Of a DNA stretch of 64,000 nt, positions 29,578 to 40,074 are shown in pieces. The DNA lies in contig CAWFJP010000015.1 in the NCBI GenBank assembly GCA_963816145.1, positions 1 to 64,000 on the forward strand, in the 5' to 3' direction. The notes under the pieces are model-generated. The model ran no database searches. It saw only the letters and a list, made by a program, of their open reading frames with translations, and was not told the origin of the DNA. A program made the translations under genes and the position numbers. Every line of letters begins with the position of its first letter. Positions within the stretch are counted from its first letter, which is position 1. Source of the stretch: an uncultured delta proteobacterium (GTDB lineage: Bacteria; Desulfobacterota; Binatia; UBA9968).

Positions 29578-32260
29578 CGTGCGGCGCCAGACTTCGGAAT
29601 AGATAACTTCTGACTTCTTCGAGACGCTCGGCACCGGCGATCTTCTTGCCGGAGCTGTCGGTGACATAAAACACGTCGGCGACTTGATCCACATTGGTGG
29701 AAATCTTGGCGACGTGAATCGACAATCCCAGCAGATGCAAGCTATGGGTGATGTTAAACAGCACGCCCATGCGGTCATCGGTAAAGATTTCGACGATGGA
29801 AAAATCGTCCGAGGCTTCGTTGTCGATGTTGATGACCGTCGACACCTTTGGCGCGCGTTTGAGCAGATAGAGCGACGGTTTGGCCGCCTCAACCATGCGC
29901 ACGACATCGGCCCTGCCTTCCAAGACATTGTCCAAGACGGTTTTGAATTTCGCCCATTTCGCCTCGGCCATGACCAGCTCGGGCCGGCCGCTGTGCGAAA
30001 TGCGAAACACGTCGAGAATCCGGCCGTCGCTGGCGGTGAAGATCCGCGCGTTGAGAATATTGAGACTAAGCGAAGTCAAAACTCCGGTGATCGAGGCAAA
30101 TAGACCGGGCCGGTCGTCGGTACAGATCACCACCGAACTACAGTTGCGTTCGGGGAAATGCTCGACATAGGAAAGTGCGCCTTTGCCGCGGTACTTGTCC
30201 ATCAAAACGAAATGCTTGGCAATATCGGTTTCCGGTGTCGAGAGAAAATAGCGGTCGGGCATCTTGTCGATAAAATCATCGACCCGCGCCTCGGATTGCG
30301 GCAGCGCGAGCAAGTGGCGCCGCACGCGGCCGTGGATGCGGCGTAGCACGGCGCGGACATCCTCGCGGGGTAACTCGCCCTTCTCCGCTTCTTCCAAAAG
30401 ATTGAGCGCTTTTACATAGAGCTCGCCCAAGAGCGAGGCTTTCCAAGGATTCCAAACATCGGGGCCCACCGCTTTGACATCGGCAAAGGTCAAGAGATAG
30501 AGCATCTTCAGGTTGTTCACCGTGCCCATGATTTTGGCGAACTCGAAGATGGTTCGATCATCTTCGAGATCGCGGCGAAACGCCGTATTGGTCATGAGCA
30601 AGTGATGGCGCACAAGAAATTCCACCAGCGCCCCATCGTCGGCATTGAGCTTCATGCGCCGGGCGATGGTGCGCACCAGGTTCGCGCCGATCTCCGAATG
30701 GCCGCCGCCGAACCCCTTGCCGATGTCATGAAACATCATGCCCAGGTAGAGCAGCTCGATCTTTTCGGCATCGCGTGCGACCTGGGTGAGCAGCGGCAAC
30801 GACGATACATAGCTGCCGGCGCGCAAGCGCTCGATTTCCTGGATCAACATCAGCGAATGCTCATCGACGGTGTAGGTGTGATAGGCATCGTGCAACACCA
30901 TGCACAGCAGGTGGTTAAACTCGGGAATGAACGCGCCCAGCACCCCGGCCCGGTGCATTTCCACCAGGGTTTCGTAAACCGAGTCTTTCCATTTGAGGAT
31001 CGAGAAAAAAGGCCGGTTGGCCGCTTCCGAGCGGCGAAATTCTTCGTCGATCGAGTCGAGATGGCCGCGCAAAAGCTCGCGAGTCTCATGGCTCACTTGG
31101 CAGCGATACTTTTGCGCATCGTCGAAGATGCGAATGAGATTCGCCGGATCGCTTTTGAGAACCTCTGGCTTAGTAATCGTTACATGACCCTTGGAAATGC
31201 GCACGCCCTCGCGCAACGCCCGGCCGAATATCAGCTTTTCGGTAAAACGCGGCTTGTCGCAATCGGTGACCCGGTGGACGATCAATTCCGACAAGCGGCT
31301 GATCTGCATGGCGTGCAAGTAGTACGCGCGCATGAACACTTCGACGCCGCGCAACGTTCCCTCGCTCTCAAATCCCAAGGCTTCGCTGACTTTTTCTTGC
31401 TGCTCGAAGGTCAGCTGGTCTTGATGCTTGCCGGTGGTAAAGTGCATTTCATTGCGCACGCGCATGAGAAAGTCCTGCGACTCCTTGAGAGCGGCTAAAT
31501 CCGCAGCGCTGATCACGCCGCGATTAACGAGAGTGTCTAGATCCTTGGCTTTAACTGTGGCCCGGGCGATCCAGCGGGCGGTCTGGATGTCGCGCAAGCC
31601 GCCCAAACCCTCTTTGACCTCGGGTTCGAGCAAATAGACCGAACCGCCGTAGGCCTTATGACGGGCGCTGCTCTCATCGACTTTCTCGCGCACGAAGCGG
31701 CCGATGCCTTTTTTAAGCAATTTGCTTTCAAGGATTTTACCGAATCCGCCAAACAGCTGAAAGTCACCACAGAGAAAACGCGCGTCGAGCAGTGCCGTAC
31801 GGATCTTCATGTCCGATTCGCCCAAGCGAATGCAATCAGCGATGCTACGGGTGGCATGGCCGACATCCAATCCCAAATCCCACAAGGTGTGCAGCACCCG
31901 TTCGTTGAGAGCGGCAAAAAACGGATTGACCTTGCCGCTGTGCAAAAACAACAGATCGATGTCGGAATAAGGATTGAGCTCGCCGCGGCCAAAACCGCCT
32001 TGAGCAATCAATGCCAGCCCGGCTCCCTGACCGCGAAAGCGCGGTAAGAGTTCGGCGCTCAAAGAGCTAAACAAATAGCGGATCAGGTGATCCATCACCG
32101 TCGAGTACGCCGCCGCGACTTCCATACCGCCGGCGCCTTGGCGATGGCGCTCGAACAATACGCGCCGGCCCCGGTCAAGGTAGCTCCGGCCGAGCGCCTT
32201 GAGATCGACCTCGACCTGACTATCCTGCAATAAGCCCAATGCGATGGCGACAGCATCCAT
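29540..32260 (-). CDS. glnD: [Protein-PII] uridylyltransferase
   Basis: GGFGRGELNPYSDIDL, KEGLGGLRD, HTYTVDEH, HDIGKG, two ACT domains. Confidence 0.95.
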   Translation of the reverse strand: MDAVAIALGLLQDSQVEVDLKALGRSYLDRGRRVLFERHRQGAGGMEVAAAYSTVMDHLIRYLFSSLSAELLPRFRGQGAGLALIAQGGFGRGELNPYSDIDLLFLHSGKVNPFFAALNERVLHTLWDLGLDVGHATRSIADCIRLGESDMKIRTALLDARFLCGDFQLFGGFGKILESKLLKKGIGRFVREKVDESSARHKAYGGSVYLLEPEVKEGLGGLRDIQTARWIARATVKAKDLDTLVNRGVISAADLAALKESQDFLMRVRNEMHFTTGKHQDQLTFEQQEKVSEALGFESEGTLRGVEVFMRAYYLHAMQISRLSELIVHRVTDCDKPRFTEKLIFGRALREGVRISKGHVTITKPEVLKSDPANLIRIFDDAQKYRCQVSHETRELLRGHLDSIDEEFRRSEAANRPFFSILKWKDSVYETLVEMHRAGVLGAFIPEFNHLLCMVLHDAYHTYTVDEHSLMLIQEIERLRAGSYVSSLPLLTQVARDAEKIELLYLGMMFHDIGKGFGGGHSEIGANLVRTIARRMKLNADDGALVEFLVRHHLLMTNTAFRRDLEDDRTIFEFAKIMGTVNNLKMLYLLTFADVKAVGPDVWNPWKASLLGELYVKALNLLEEAEKGELPREDVRAVLRRIHGRVRRHLLALPQSEARVDDFIDKMPDRYFLSTPETDIAKHFVLMDKYRGKGALSYVEHFPERNCSSVVICTDDRPGLFASITGVLTSLSLNILNARIFTASDGRILDVFRISHSGRPELVMAEAKWAKFKTVLDNVLEGRADVVRMVEAAKPSLYLLKRAPKVSTVINIDNEASDDFSIVEIFTDDRMGVLFNITHSLHLLGLSIHVAKISTNVDQVADVFYVTDSSGKKIAGAERLEEVRSYLFRSLAPHDVTNERRAEPVY

Positions 32261-32269
32261 AAGTGGCGA

Positions 32270-33676
32270 TTATAAAGTTTTAGCGATCATGACCGACTGA
32301 GCGTATTTCTGAATGCCTTCGAACAGCGAATTGACCATGGCGTCCTGATTGGCCTCCCGGCTCATCGCCGGTCCTTCGACGCGATGGGTGACGAAAAACA
32401 TTTCGACCAAGACGCTCGGCATGCGAGCGCCGACTAGGACATAAAAGAGCGCCTTCTTGACGCCGAGATCGCGCACCTCGCCGACCGCTTTACCCATGCC
32501 ACCGACCACCGACTGCTGCAGGCGGTGCGCCAGGGTGATCGAATCCTCGAGTTTCATGTTCTGTGTCATATCGCTCAAGATAAATTGCAGATCAGAGACG
32601 TTCTTACGCGCACTGCTATTTTCCCTGGCTGCCAAGCGCATCGCCGCTTCATCGGTCGTATTGTCCAGATAATAAGTTTCGACGCCGCGGGCATCGGCAT
32701 TAGGGCTAGCATTCATATGCAGGGAAATAAACAGATCGGCGTCTTCGGCATTGGCGAGGTAGGTGCGGTCCTCAAGAGCGATGAATCGGTCGTCTTTGCG
32801 GGTCAACACGACCTGAACGCCCATCTCGTTCCTGAGTTTGACGGCGAGTTTCTTGGCGACGCTTAAGACCAGATCTTTTTCCGTGATGCCGCCGACGCCG
32901 ATGGCCCCGGGATCTTTGCCGCCATGCCCTGGATCGATAACGATCTTGCGAATGCCCGTGGGACTTCCCATCGGAAGATTCGGTTTCTTGTCTTTGACCG
33001 TCGTACTGGACCGCGGGCTACGCTCAACCTTTGCCGGTACCTCCTTGGCGGCGCTCGACTCCGCCATCGTCTGACCCTGCAAGTCGATCACGAGCCGATA
33101 CGGATCCGGCAGAATGAACGCTTTGTGATCGATCAAGCTGGTCATGTCCAAAACCACGCGCACCACGTCGGCGCTATACTGGCCAAGGCGCACCTGGCGC
33201 AACAGGCCGTCATCCACTGGCACCGGTTCTTTTGAGGTCATCGCCAAGCGCGCCGCGGTGATATCGATATAGATGCGCGGCGGGACGCCCTTGGCGGCAT
33301 CCTCCTTCAGCCGCTTGACTTCATATTTAGCGTCTTGGGATAGATCCAACATGACCCGGGTAAAATTTTTCGACGATAAAAAACGCAAACCGGTGACTTG
33401 AACCTTGTCTGAAACCAGCGGGGTCGCGGTGTTCGGTACCACTGCGGTAGGCGCGGGGCTCTTTTCCTCCTCGGCCGGGCGGTATGGTGCGGCCGGCGTC
33501 AACCCGTCATTGTCAACGGGCTTTGGCGCACTCGATTGCCCATAACCGGGCAACGGTTCTTTTGGCATCGGATCGTTGCGTACTTGGCCCAACAGCCTGC
33601 TTTCCGGCCAGAGGATGAGCCCCGTCAGCGCTACTACCGCTATCCATCGAGTAAGACTTCGCCTTTGCATCATCAT
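32270..33676 (-). CDS. N-acetylmuramoyl-L-alanine amidase (AMIN + Amidase_3)
   Basis: IVIDPGHGGKDPGA, FISLHMNA, SVLVE; AMIN domain RVVLD...PYRLVIDL. Confidence 0.92.
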   Translation of the reverse strand: MMMQRRSLTRWIAVVALTGLILWPESRLLGQVRNDPMPKEPLPGYGQSSAPKPVDNDGLTPAAPYRPAEEEKSPAPTAVVPNTATPLVSDKVQVTGLRFLSSKNFTRVMLDLSQDAKYEVKRLKEDAAKGVPPRIYIDITAARLAMTSKEPVPVDDGLLRQVRLGQYSADVVRVVLDMTSLIDHKAFILPDPYRLVIDLQGQTMAESSAAKEVPAKVERSPRSSTTVKDKKPNLPMGSPTGIRKIVIDPGHGGKDPGAIGVGGITEKDLVLSVAKKLAVKLRNEMGVQVVLTRKDDRFIALEDRTYLANAEDADLFISLHMNASPNADARGVETYYLDNTTDEAAMRLAARENSSARKNVSDLQFILSDMTQNMKLEDSITLAHRLQQSVVGGMGKAVGEVRDLGVKKALFYVLVGARMPSVLVEMFFVTHRVEGPAMSREANQDAMVNSLFEGIQKYAQSVMIAKTL

Positions 33677-33698
33677 AGATACTCCCATTCATCTCCCA

Positions 33699-36272
33699 TC
33701 ACTTCTTGGCTTGCTCGCTCAACTCATAGAGCAGGTTCAATGCTTGGATCGGCGTCAGATTGGCGACATCGAGTTGGGTCAAACGATCGCGCAGCCGATC
33801 GCTGGCGGCATTGAACAAACCCATCTGCACCGGCAACTCGTTCTTTTCCTCGGCGCGGCGCTTACCCATGGAGCTCGGTGCCACGCTCTGGCTGTCTTCC
33901 AACTGAGCCAGTATGACCTTGGCCCGTTCGATCACCGGCGCCGGCATGCCGGCCAATCGCGCCACATGGATGCCGTAGCTGTGGCTCGCCGCGCCGGCGA
34001 CCAAGTTGCGCAGAAAAATAATTTCGCCGCGCCACTCTTTGACGGCGAAGTTGAAATTCTTGATGCGCTCATGGTTGAGCGCCAGCTCGGTCAGTTCATG
34101 ATAGTGGGTGGCGAACAGCGTGCGCGGCCGCTCGCGGCATTCGTGCAGCGACTCGGCCACCGCCCAGGCGATGGAAATACCGTCAAAGGTGCTGGTGCCG
34201 CGCCCCACTTCGTCGAGCAGGATCAAACTGCGCCGGCTGGCATGGTGCAAGATATTCGCCGTCTCCTTCATTTCGACCATAAAAGTCGACTCGCCCCGGG
34301 CCAAAGAGTCCGCCGCGCCGATGCGCGTAAAGATCCGGTCGACGATGCCGATCTGCGCTTCGGCCGCGGGTACGAAGCCGCCCATCTGCGCCATGATAAC
34401 GATCAAGGCGTTCTGGCGCATGTAGGTCGACTTACCCGCCATGTTGGGTCCGGTGAGCAACAGGATTTGCTCGGAATCCGCATCGATCTTGCAGTCGTTA
34501 GGGACAAACGCGCCGCGCCCGACCGCGTTCTCGACCACCGGATGGCGCCCTTCGCGGATATTCAAAACGGTGCTGTTATCGACGCGCGGGCGTACGAAGC
34601 GCTGCGCTTCGGCGACATCGGCCAATGCCGTGAGCACGTCCAAAATCGCCAGCGCGTTGCCCATCGCCTTGAGCGCCGGATAATGCAGCGCCGCTCGCTC
34701 GCGCACCTGGGTCAACAGATTCGCCTCGATCTTTTCCATCAGGCTTTCCGAATTGAGCACCTTGGCTTCGTATTCCTTGAGCTCGGGCGTAATATAGCGC
34801 TCACCATTGGCCAGGGTCTGCTTGCGAATGTAGTTCTCCGGTACAGATTTCAACTGGCTGTTGGTAACTTCGATGTAGTAGCCGAACACCCGGTTGTAAC
34901 GGACTTTCAGAGACGCGATACCGCTGCGCTTGCGCTCGCCGGTCTCGAACTGAGCGATCCAATCCTTGGCATGGCTGCGCATGGCGCGAATCTCGTCAAG
35001 CTCGGCGTCGAAGCCAGCGCGGATAAAACCGCCTTCTTTGAACGCAAACGGCGGGTCGTCGACGATCGCCCGTTCGATGAGACCGACGACTTCCGGCAAA
35101 TCCTTCAGACTCGCGCAAAGACCGACCAGCAACGGTGCGGCGAATCCGGCGGCCAGCTCGCGCACGGCGCTGGCCGCGGCTAGAGTTTGTTTGATCGCGA
35201 CCAAGTCTTTCGGCGTCGCGCTGCCGGACAACACGCGGCCGCTGAGCCGTTCGAGATCCTGAATTTTTGCTAAACGCAGCTTGAGTTCTTCCCGTACTGC
35301 GAAACCTTCGGCCAATTCTTGCACCGCGTCATAGCGGGCGCGAATCTCCATTTTGTCGAGCAACGGATAGAGCAGCCACTGGCGCAATCGGCGCGCCCCG
35401 ATGGCAGTTTGGCTGCGGTCGAGAATTGCCAAAAGCGAACCGCGCCGCTCCCCCTGAGCGGTGGTTAGCAGCTCCAAATTGACTCGGGTGATTTCGTCAA
35501 GAATCAAAAAGTTCGAGACCACATAGCCATGCAAATCGCGCAACAGCTTTACCGACTCGGGAATGTTAGCAGTGAGATAATTGACGATCGCCGCCGCCGC
35601 GCGAGCGCCTTGAGCAGGGATATCCGCTTCATGGCTCGGGCCAGTGGCGGTCGCATCGGCAAAGCTCTCGTCGGGCAGCGAAGTTAGATGGATCGCCGGG
35701 TATTCTTTATAAATGCGCTCGCGCAGCCGGCCATCGCGCGTCGCCAGCAAGATTTCGCTGGGCTGGACGCGGCCGAGTTCGTCGAGAAACGCCTGCTCGT
35801 CGGCGGTCTCGGTGCAGCGGAACTCGCCGGTGGTGATATCGCTCACGGCCAGGCCGTAGCTCGCTTCGCCCTGGCACACCGCGGCGAGAAAATTGTTGCC
35901 GCGAACGTCGAGGGCTTCATCCGCCGTCACTGTCCCCGGCGTGATCACCCGCACGACTTCCCGTTTGACCACGCCCTTGGCCAGCGCCGGATCTTCCACC
36001 TGCTCGCACACCGCGACTTTGTGGCCGGCTTCGAGCAGCTTTTGAATATACGGCTGCGCCGAATGATAGGGCACGCCGCACAGCGGCACCGAGCCCTCGT
36101 CGCTCTTGTTGCGCGAGGTCAGCGTGATGTCGAGAATTTTCGACGCCACATGGGCATCTTCGAAAAACATCTCGTAGAAATCGCCGAGGCGAAAAAACAA
36201 GATGGCGTCCTGGTACCGCTCCTTGATCTGGAAGTACTGTTGCATCATCGGCGTGACCTTGGTTCCGTCCAT
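33699..36272 (-). CDS. mutS: DNA mismatch repair protein MutS
   Basis: TPMMQQY, GDFYEMF, TGPNMAGKST, DEVGRGTST. Confidence 0.98.
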   Translation of the reverse strand: MDGTKVTPMMQQYFQIKERYQDAILFFRLGDFYEMFFEDAHVASKILDITLTSRNKSDEGSVPLCGVPYHSAQPYIQKLLEAGHKVAVCEQVEDPALAKGVVKREVVRVITPGTVTADEALDVRGNNFLAAVCQGEASYGLAVSDITTGEFRCTETADEQAFLDELGRVQPSEILLATRDGRLRERIYKEYPAIHLTSLPDESFADATATGPSHEADIPAQGARAAAAIVNYLTANIPESVKLLRDLHGYVVSNFLILDEITRVNLELLTTAQGERRGSLLAILDRSQTAIGARRLRQWLLYPLLDKMEIRARYDAVQELAEGFAVREELKLRLAKIQDLERLSGRVLSGSATPKDLVAIKQTLAAASAVRELAAGFAAPLLVGLCASLKDLPEVVGLIERAIVDDPPFAFKEGGFIRAGFDAELDEIRAMRSHAKDWIAQFETGERKRSGIASLKVRYNRVFGYYIEVTNSQLKSVPENYIRKQTLANGERYITPELKEYEAKVLNSESLMEKIEANLLTQVRERAALHYPALKAMGNALAILDVLTALADVAEAQRFVRPRVDNSTVLNIREGRHPVVENAVGRGAFVPNDCKIDADSEQILLLTGPNMAGKSTYMRQNALIVIMAQMGGFVPAAEAQIGIVDRIFTRIGAADSLARGESTFMVEMKETANILHHASRRSLILLDEVGRGTSTFDGISIAWAVAESLHECRERPRTLFATHYHELTELALNHERIKNFNFAVKEWRGEIIFLRNLVAGAASHSYGIHVARLAGMPAPVIERAKVILAQLEDSQSVAPSSMGKRRAEEKNELPVQMGLFNAASDRLRDRLTQLDVANLTPIQALNLLYELSEQAKK

Positions 36273-36277
36273 GGCGT

Positions 36278-36757
36278 TCAGGCCGAGCCGCTCCGTCCCG
36301 TGTCGAGCTGCCGGGTTGCCCGATTAGGCTTACTGGCGACACCGCCAAACCGCTTGACCGCGCCATCGAGTTCGCGCACCAAATTGCCGATCCCCAGCGA
36401 CAGCACAAATTGCCGCTCCATCGCATGGAGAATCTTCTGCCGGTCGCTGGTGATGACGAACAGCTCTTCGCCATCGGTGAGATAGCGCAGCGACTCGGGG
36501 GGGCGTACCGACGGGTCGGTCTGTTCTTTCAATGGCCGCAAGCAGCGGCGGATTTTCTTCAGGCTGAAACCGTAGCGCGCCAGGTCCTTGACCACCTTCA
36601 GACAAACCAGGTCGTGAAACGAATAAAGCCGCTTGGTGCCCCGGCCGCCGGCAAGTTTGATCGACGGCCGCAAAAACTTCTGCTCGTCCCAGTATTGCAA
36701 CTGGCGCAAACTGACACCGACAATGCGGCTGGCGGTCTTGCTATCGTAGGTATCCAT
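36278..36757 (-). CDS. MerR-family transcriptional regulator
   Basis: ASRIVGVSLRQLQYWDEQKFLRPS...RLYSFHDL. Confidence 0.88.
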   Translation of the reverse strand: MDTYDSKTASRIVGVSLRQLQYWDEQKFLRPSIKLAGGRGTKRLYSFHDLVCLKVVKDLARYGFSLKKIRRCLRPLKEQTDPSVRPPESLRYLTDGEELFVITSDRQKILHAMERQFVLSLGIGNLVRELDGAVKRFGGVASKPNRATRQLDTGRSGSA

Positions 36758-36775
36758 GGGCGATCGGTCAATAGA

Positions 36776-36797
36776 ATGGAAACAACAATGTTTCCAT
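36776..36797. promoter_or_regulatory. Perfect 9-bp inverted repeat, putative operator just downstream of the promoter
   Basis: ATGGAAACA-ACAA-TGTTTCCAT; minus-strand TTGACT-N17-TACTTT at 36799-36827. Confidence 0.6.
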
Positions 36798-36991
36798 AAA
36801 AGTAAACGCAAGGTAACGGGAAGTCAATCGAAAGTTGTCGGTTCGGCCTTGTTGTCGAGCTGCAGAACCTCGCGAGGGGATGTCGCAAGATAATCGAATA
36901 GACCTTTCAACACGAAGTGTTTATGAGCTTGCGCTCGTCTACAGACTTTGAAAACCGATGGATTCCCCGCCACCTGTTACTCTGCTCGAAT

Positions 36992-37069
36992 CGTCATTCC
37001 CGCGCAGGCGAGAATCCAGGTTTGTTTTCCGCCGAATTAGCCTGGATACCCGCTTCCGCGGGTATGACG
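36992..37069. repeat. GTCATTCCCGCG-type REP palindrome
   Basis: CGTCATTCCCGCGCAGGCGAGAATCCAGG...CCTGGATACCCGCTTCCGCGGGTATGACG. Confidence 0.75.
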
Positions 37070-37133
37070 GAACCCCGGGTGACCTCTTCCATTTGGCTGG
37101 AGATCATCCCCCGAACGTAATTTTTTTAAGGTG

Positions 37134-37200
37134 ACACGAAGTTCACGAAGGGCTCGGAATTCCCGATTTCCAAACTTCGTGTCCTTCGCGCCTTCGTGGT
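37134..37200. repeat. Family A palindromic repeat, copy 4 (partial)
   Basis: ACACGAAGTTCACGAAG...CTTCGTGTCCTTCGCGCCTTCGTGGT. Confidence 0.75.
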
Positions 37201-37279
37201 CAGGACGAAGTGTTATATTCATGCAATAACTGCAAGAACCTCTATTGAACGGGCGCCGCCGATATGGTGAAAAGTAGCC

Positions 37280-38086
37280 ATGCCTTTCCCCGCGAATTTA
37301 CTCGTCGGCACTTCCAGTTGGTCGAGCAGCGATTGGCTGGGATCCTTTTACCCGGCCAACCTGAAACCAGGACAGTTCATCGAGGCCTACGCGCGCAAGT
37401 TTCCCGCTGTCGAGATCGACTCCACCTACTACAGCATCCCGCCGCCACATGTGGTGGCGAGTTGGCGTGAAAAAACCCCGCCTGGATTTATTTTTGCCGC
37501 CAAGGTTCCCGGCGTGATCACGCACGAAAAGGTGCTGAAGGATTGCCAAGCCGAGTTCACGACGTTTTTGAACAACATATCGCTCCTGGGCGACCGTTTG
37601 GGGCCGCTGCTGTTGCAATTTCCCTATTTCAATCGTAACGCCTTTCCGTCGCGCCAGCCCTTCGATAACTTGCTCAAACCGTTTCTCCAAAGTCTGCCTA
37701 AGGAATTCAAGTTCGCGTTGGAAATTCGCAACAAGAATTGGCTCAGCTGGGACTTCCTCGAAATGCTGCGCGACCACCAGGTGGCGTTCGCACTGGTGGC
37801 GCAAGCGTGGATGCCGCGCATCGATACCTTGGCCAAAGCGCTCGACCTGGTCACCAGCGACTTCGCCTATGTGCGCTTCATCGGCGACCGCAAAGCGATC
37901 GAGGCCAAAACCAAACGCTGGGACAAACTGATCGAAGACAAGTCCGACGAAATGAAGATCTGGATCAGCGAACTAAAAACAATCACCGACAAGGGTGTGA
38001 AAACCTACGCCTTCTTCAACAATCACTACGCCGGTTTTGCGCCGGGATCGATCAAGCAATTCGAAGATCTGTGGCAACAGAGCTAA
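37280..38086 (+). CDS. DUF72 domain protein
   Basis: VGTSSW, VEIDSTYY, ITH, LLQFP, FNNHYAG. Confidence 0.9.
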   Translation: MPFPANLLVGTSSWSSSDWLGSFYPANLKPGQFIEAYARKFPAVEIDSTYYSIPPPHVVASWREKTPPGFIFAAKVPGVITHEKVLKDCQAEFTTFLNNISLLGDRLGPLLLQFPYFNRNAFPSRQPFDNLLKPFLQSLPKEFKFALEIRNKNWLSWDFLEMLRDHQVAFALVAQAWMPRIDTLAKALDLVTSDFAYVRFIGDRKAIEAKTKRWDKLIEDKSDEMKIWISELKTITDKGVKTYAFFNNHYAGFAPGSIKQFEDLWQQS

Positions 38087-38302
38087 TCCTGCTGCAGTTC
38101 ATTTCGACAGGTTTGCACGATGCGCTCGCAATGACGATTAAGTTTGTCATTTCGAGCAAAGCGAGAAATCTCCGCGAATCAATGCAACGGAGCACCATGA
38201 AAGCGAATCAGGATCTTAATCGTTAAAGTCTTGACGCCAATTCCCCACCGGGCGTAAGCTCCGAGTGTCGAACTAAATCAAGCAAATTATTTGGAGGATT
38301 CC

Positions 38303-39274
38303 ATGGCTGCTAATGAAAAGAATGCGCTTCACCTCGCCACCCACTCCGGCTGGTACCGATATGAACGGCGCGGCGAGAATTGGGAACAGACCGACCGAGC
38401 GCTAACGTTCTGGCAGATGAGCTGTATCCAGGTGGATCCCCATGATGCCAAACATGTCTACGCCGGCACCGAGCACTCCGGTATGTTCGTCAGCCAAGAC
38501 GGCGGCAAAGACTGGAAGCGCGCCGAACCCAACGTGCCGATTTTGGAGATGTCGGCGATGCTCGCCTTACCCGGCAAAGTTTTAGTCGGCACTCGTCCCG
38601 CCGCGCTTTATCTGCACAAAGACGGCAGTGGCTGGCAGGAAGTAAAAGGCATTCGCCAAGGCGCCTTTGGCGGTACCTTTCCTCCCAATCCGGACTTGGC
38701 ACCGCGCACCCGCGTGCTGACCACGGAGAAGGCTTCCGGCAACCGGCTCTATGCCGGCATCGAAGTCGGGGGAATTTTGGTAAGCGACGACGACGGCGTG
38801 AACTGGGTCAAGCGCAATGACGGGCTCACCGATCCCGATCTGCATCAAATTTTGTCGGCAAACAAGAAGCCTGGCCTATTGGTGGCGGCCTGCGGCGAAG
38901 GAGTCGCCCGCAGCACCGATCGCGGCAACAAATGGGAACCGGTCACCCCGGCGGGAGGCCGGACCTACGGCAATGCGCTCGCCGAAGACGACCAGGGCAA
39001 TATTTATCTCGGCATCACGCAAGATCGGCCGCGCACCTGGCTGCGCGCGGGACGCGCCAAGACGGCGATCTTCAAATCACAGGATGGCGCCAGTTGGGAG
39101 TTTCTTACCGATCAGATGAGCGGCGGCGTCATGGAGATGTGTCCGAACGCCGACGGCAACGGCGTCTTGGTTGCCACCGCCGACGGTGAAGTCGTTAACG
39201 TGGACTCCAATGGCAAGACCCGCACCTTGATTAACGGTGTGCCGTGCATCAACGCCCTGGCCTTAGGAGCATAA
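38303..39274 (+). CDS. BNR/Asp-box beta-propeller protein
   Basis: Repeated SxDxGxxW motifs. Confidence 0.8.
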   Translation: MAANEKNALHLATHSGWYRYERRGENWEQTDRALTFWQMSCIQVDPHDAKHVYAGTEHSGMFVSQDGGKDWKRAEPNVPILEMSAMLALPGKVLVGTRPAALYLHKDGSGWQEVKGIRQGAFGGTFPPNPDLAPRTRVLTTEKASGNRLYAGIEVGGILVSDDDGVNWVKRNDGLTDPDLHQILSANKKPGLLVAACGEGVARSTDRGNKWEPVTPAGGRTYGNALAEDDQGNIYLGITQDRPRTWLRAGRAKTAIFKSQDGASWEFLTDQMSGGVMEMCPNADGNGVLVATADGEVVNVDSNGKTRTLINGVPCINALALGA

Positions 39275-39322
39275 TATCCGAAACCAATCGGTTGTAGGGG
39301 CGACCGGCGGGTCGCGCTTTTT

Positions 39323-39802
39323 TTACGCCGCCGGCAGCTTCTGATACTTGCCTTTGAAAAATAGCAACGGCCGTTCGCCCTCGGCGGCGACGTTGAGAAT
39401 CTCGCCGACCACGATGGTGTGATCGCCGCCGCCATGACAGGCGGTAATCTTGCACTCCACCTGACCCAACGCGCCATCTATGAGCGCCACACCGTTGCCG
39501 CCCGCATGCCATTTCAAATCGGCGAATTTGTCGATCCCCTTGGTCGCGAAACGGCGCGAGATATCTTCCTGATCCTCACTCAAAAAGTTCACGGTAAACC
39601 CATTCCCCGGCGCAAAGCAGTTGTAGCAGGTAGCCCCCTTATCGACGCTGATGATCACCAACGGCGGATTGAGCGAGAGCGACATGAAAGCATTGGCCGT
39701 CAAACCTTGCGGCGCGCCGTCGGCATCTTTGGTCGTAATCACGGTAACACCGGTGGCGAAGTGCCCCATTACGCGGCGCAGTTCTTGAGCTTCAATGGCC
39801 AT
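39323..39802 (-). CDS. Flavin reductase (HpaC/RutF family)
   Basis: FATGVTVIT, SLSLNPP, GGDHTIVVGE. Confidence 0.92.
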   Translation of the reverse strand: MAIEAQELRRVMGHFATGVTVITTKDADGAPQGLTANAFMSLSLNPPLVIISVDKGATCYNCFAPGNGFTVNFLSEDQEDISRRFATKGIDKFADLKWHAGGNGVALIDGALGQVECKITACHGGGDHTIVVGEILNVAAEGERPLLFFKGKYQKLPAA

Positions 39803-40074
39803 TGGATCTCCAGATTTAAAAAACTTTTCCAAGTGGTAGCAGAGCCCGCCGAGGACTGTCAATCCACCCGGCGCTATAGTGGTAGCTTACATCGGAACGA
39901 TCCCTCACTTCGTTCGAGCTGACGGCTAATTTAGAATTGTCATTTCCAGCACAGCGAAAATTCTATTCGACCTACACTCGCAGGACTGGGCATGAACCCG
40001 AACCGTCAGTTGGCGCTGGTAGACGAAACGCTGCTAAAAGTGCTATCAAGAAAGCAATCAAAGGAGGTTTTTTT

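Noticed and set aside
33576-35183. 535-aa plus-strand ORF, and similar ones such as 15677-16648, 30602-31498 and 45121-46218
   Set aside because: Antisense to well-recognised genes; a high-GC codon artefact with no motifs.
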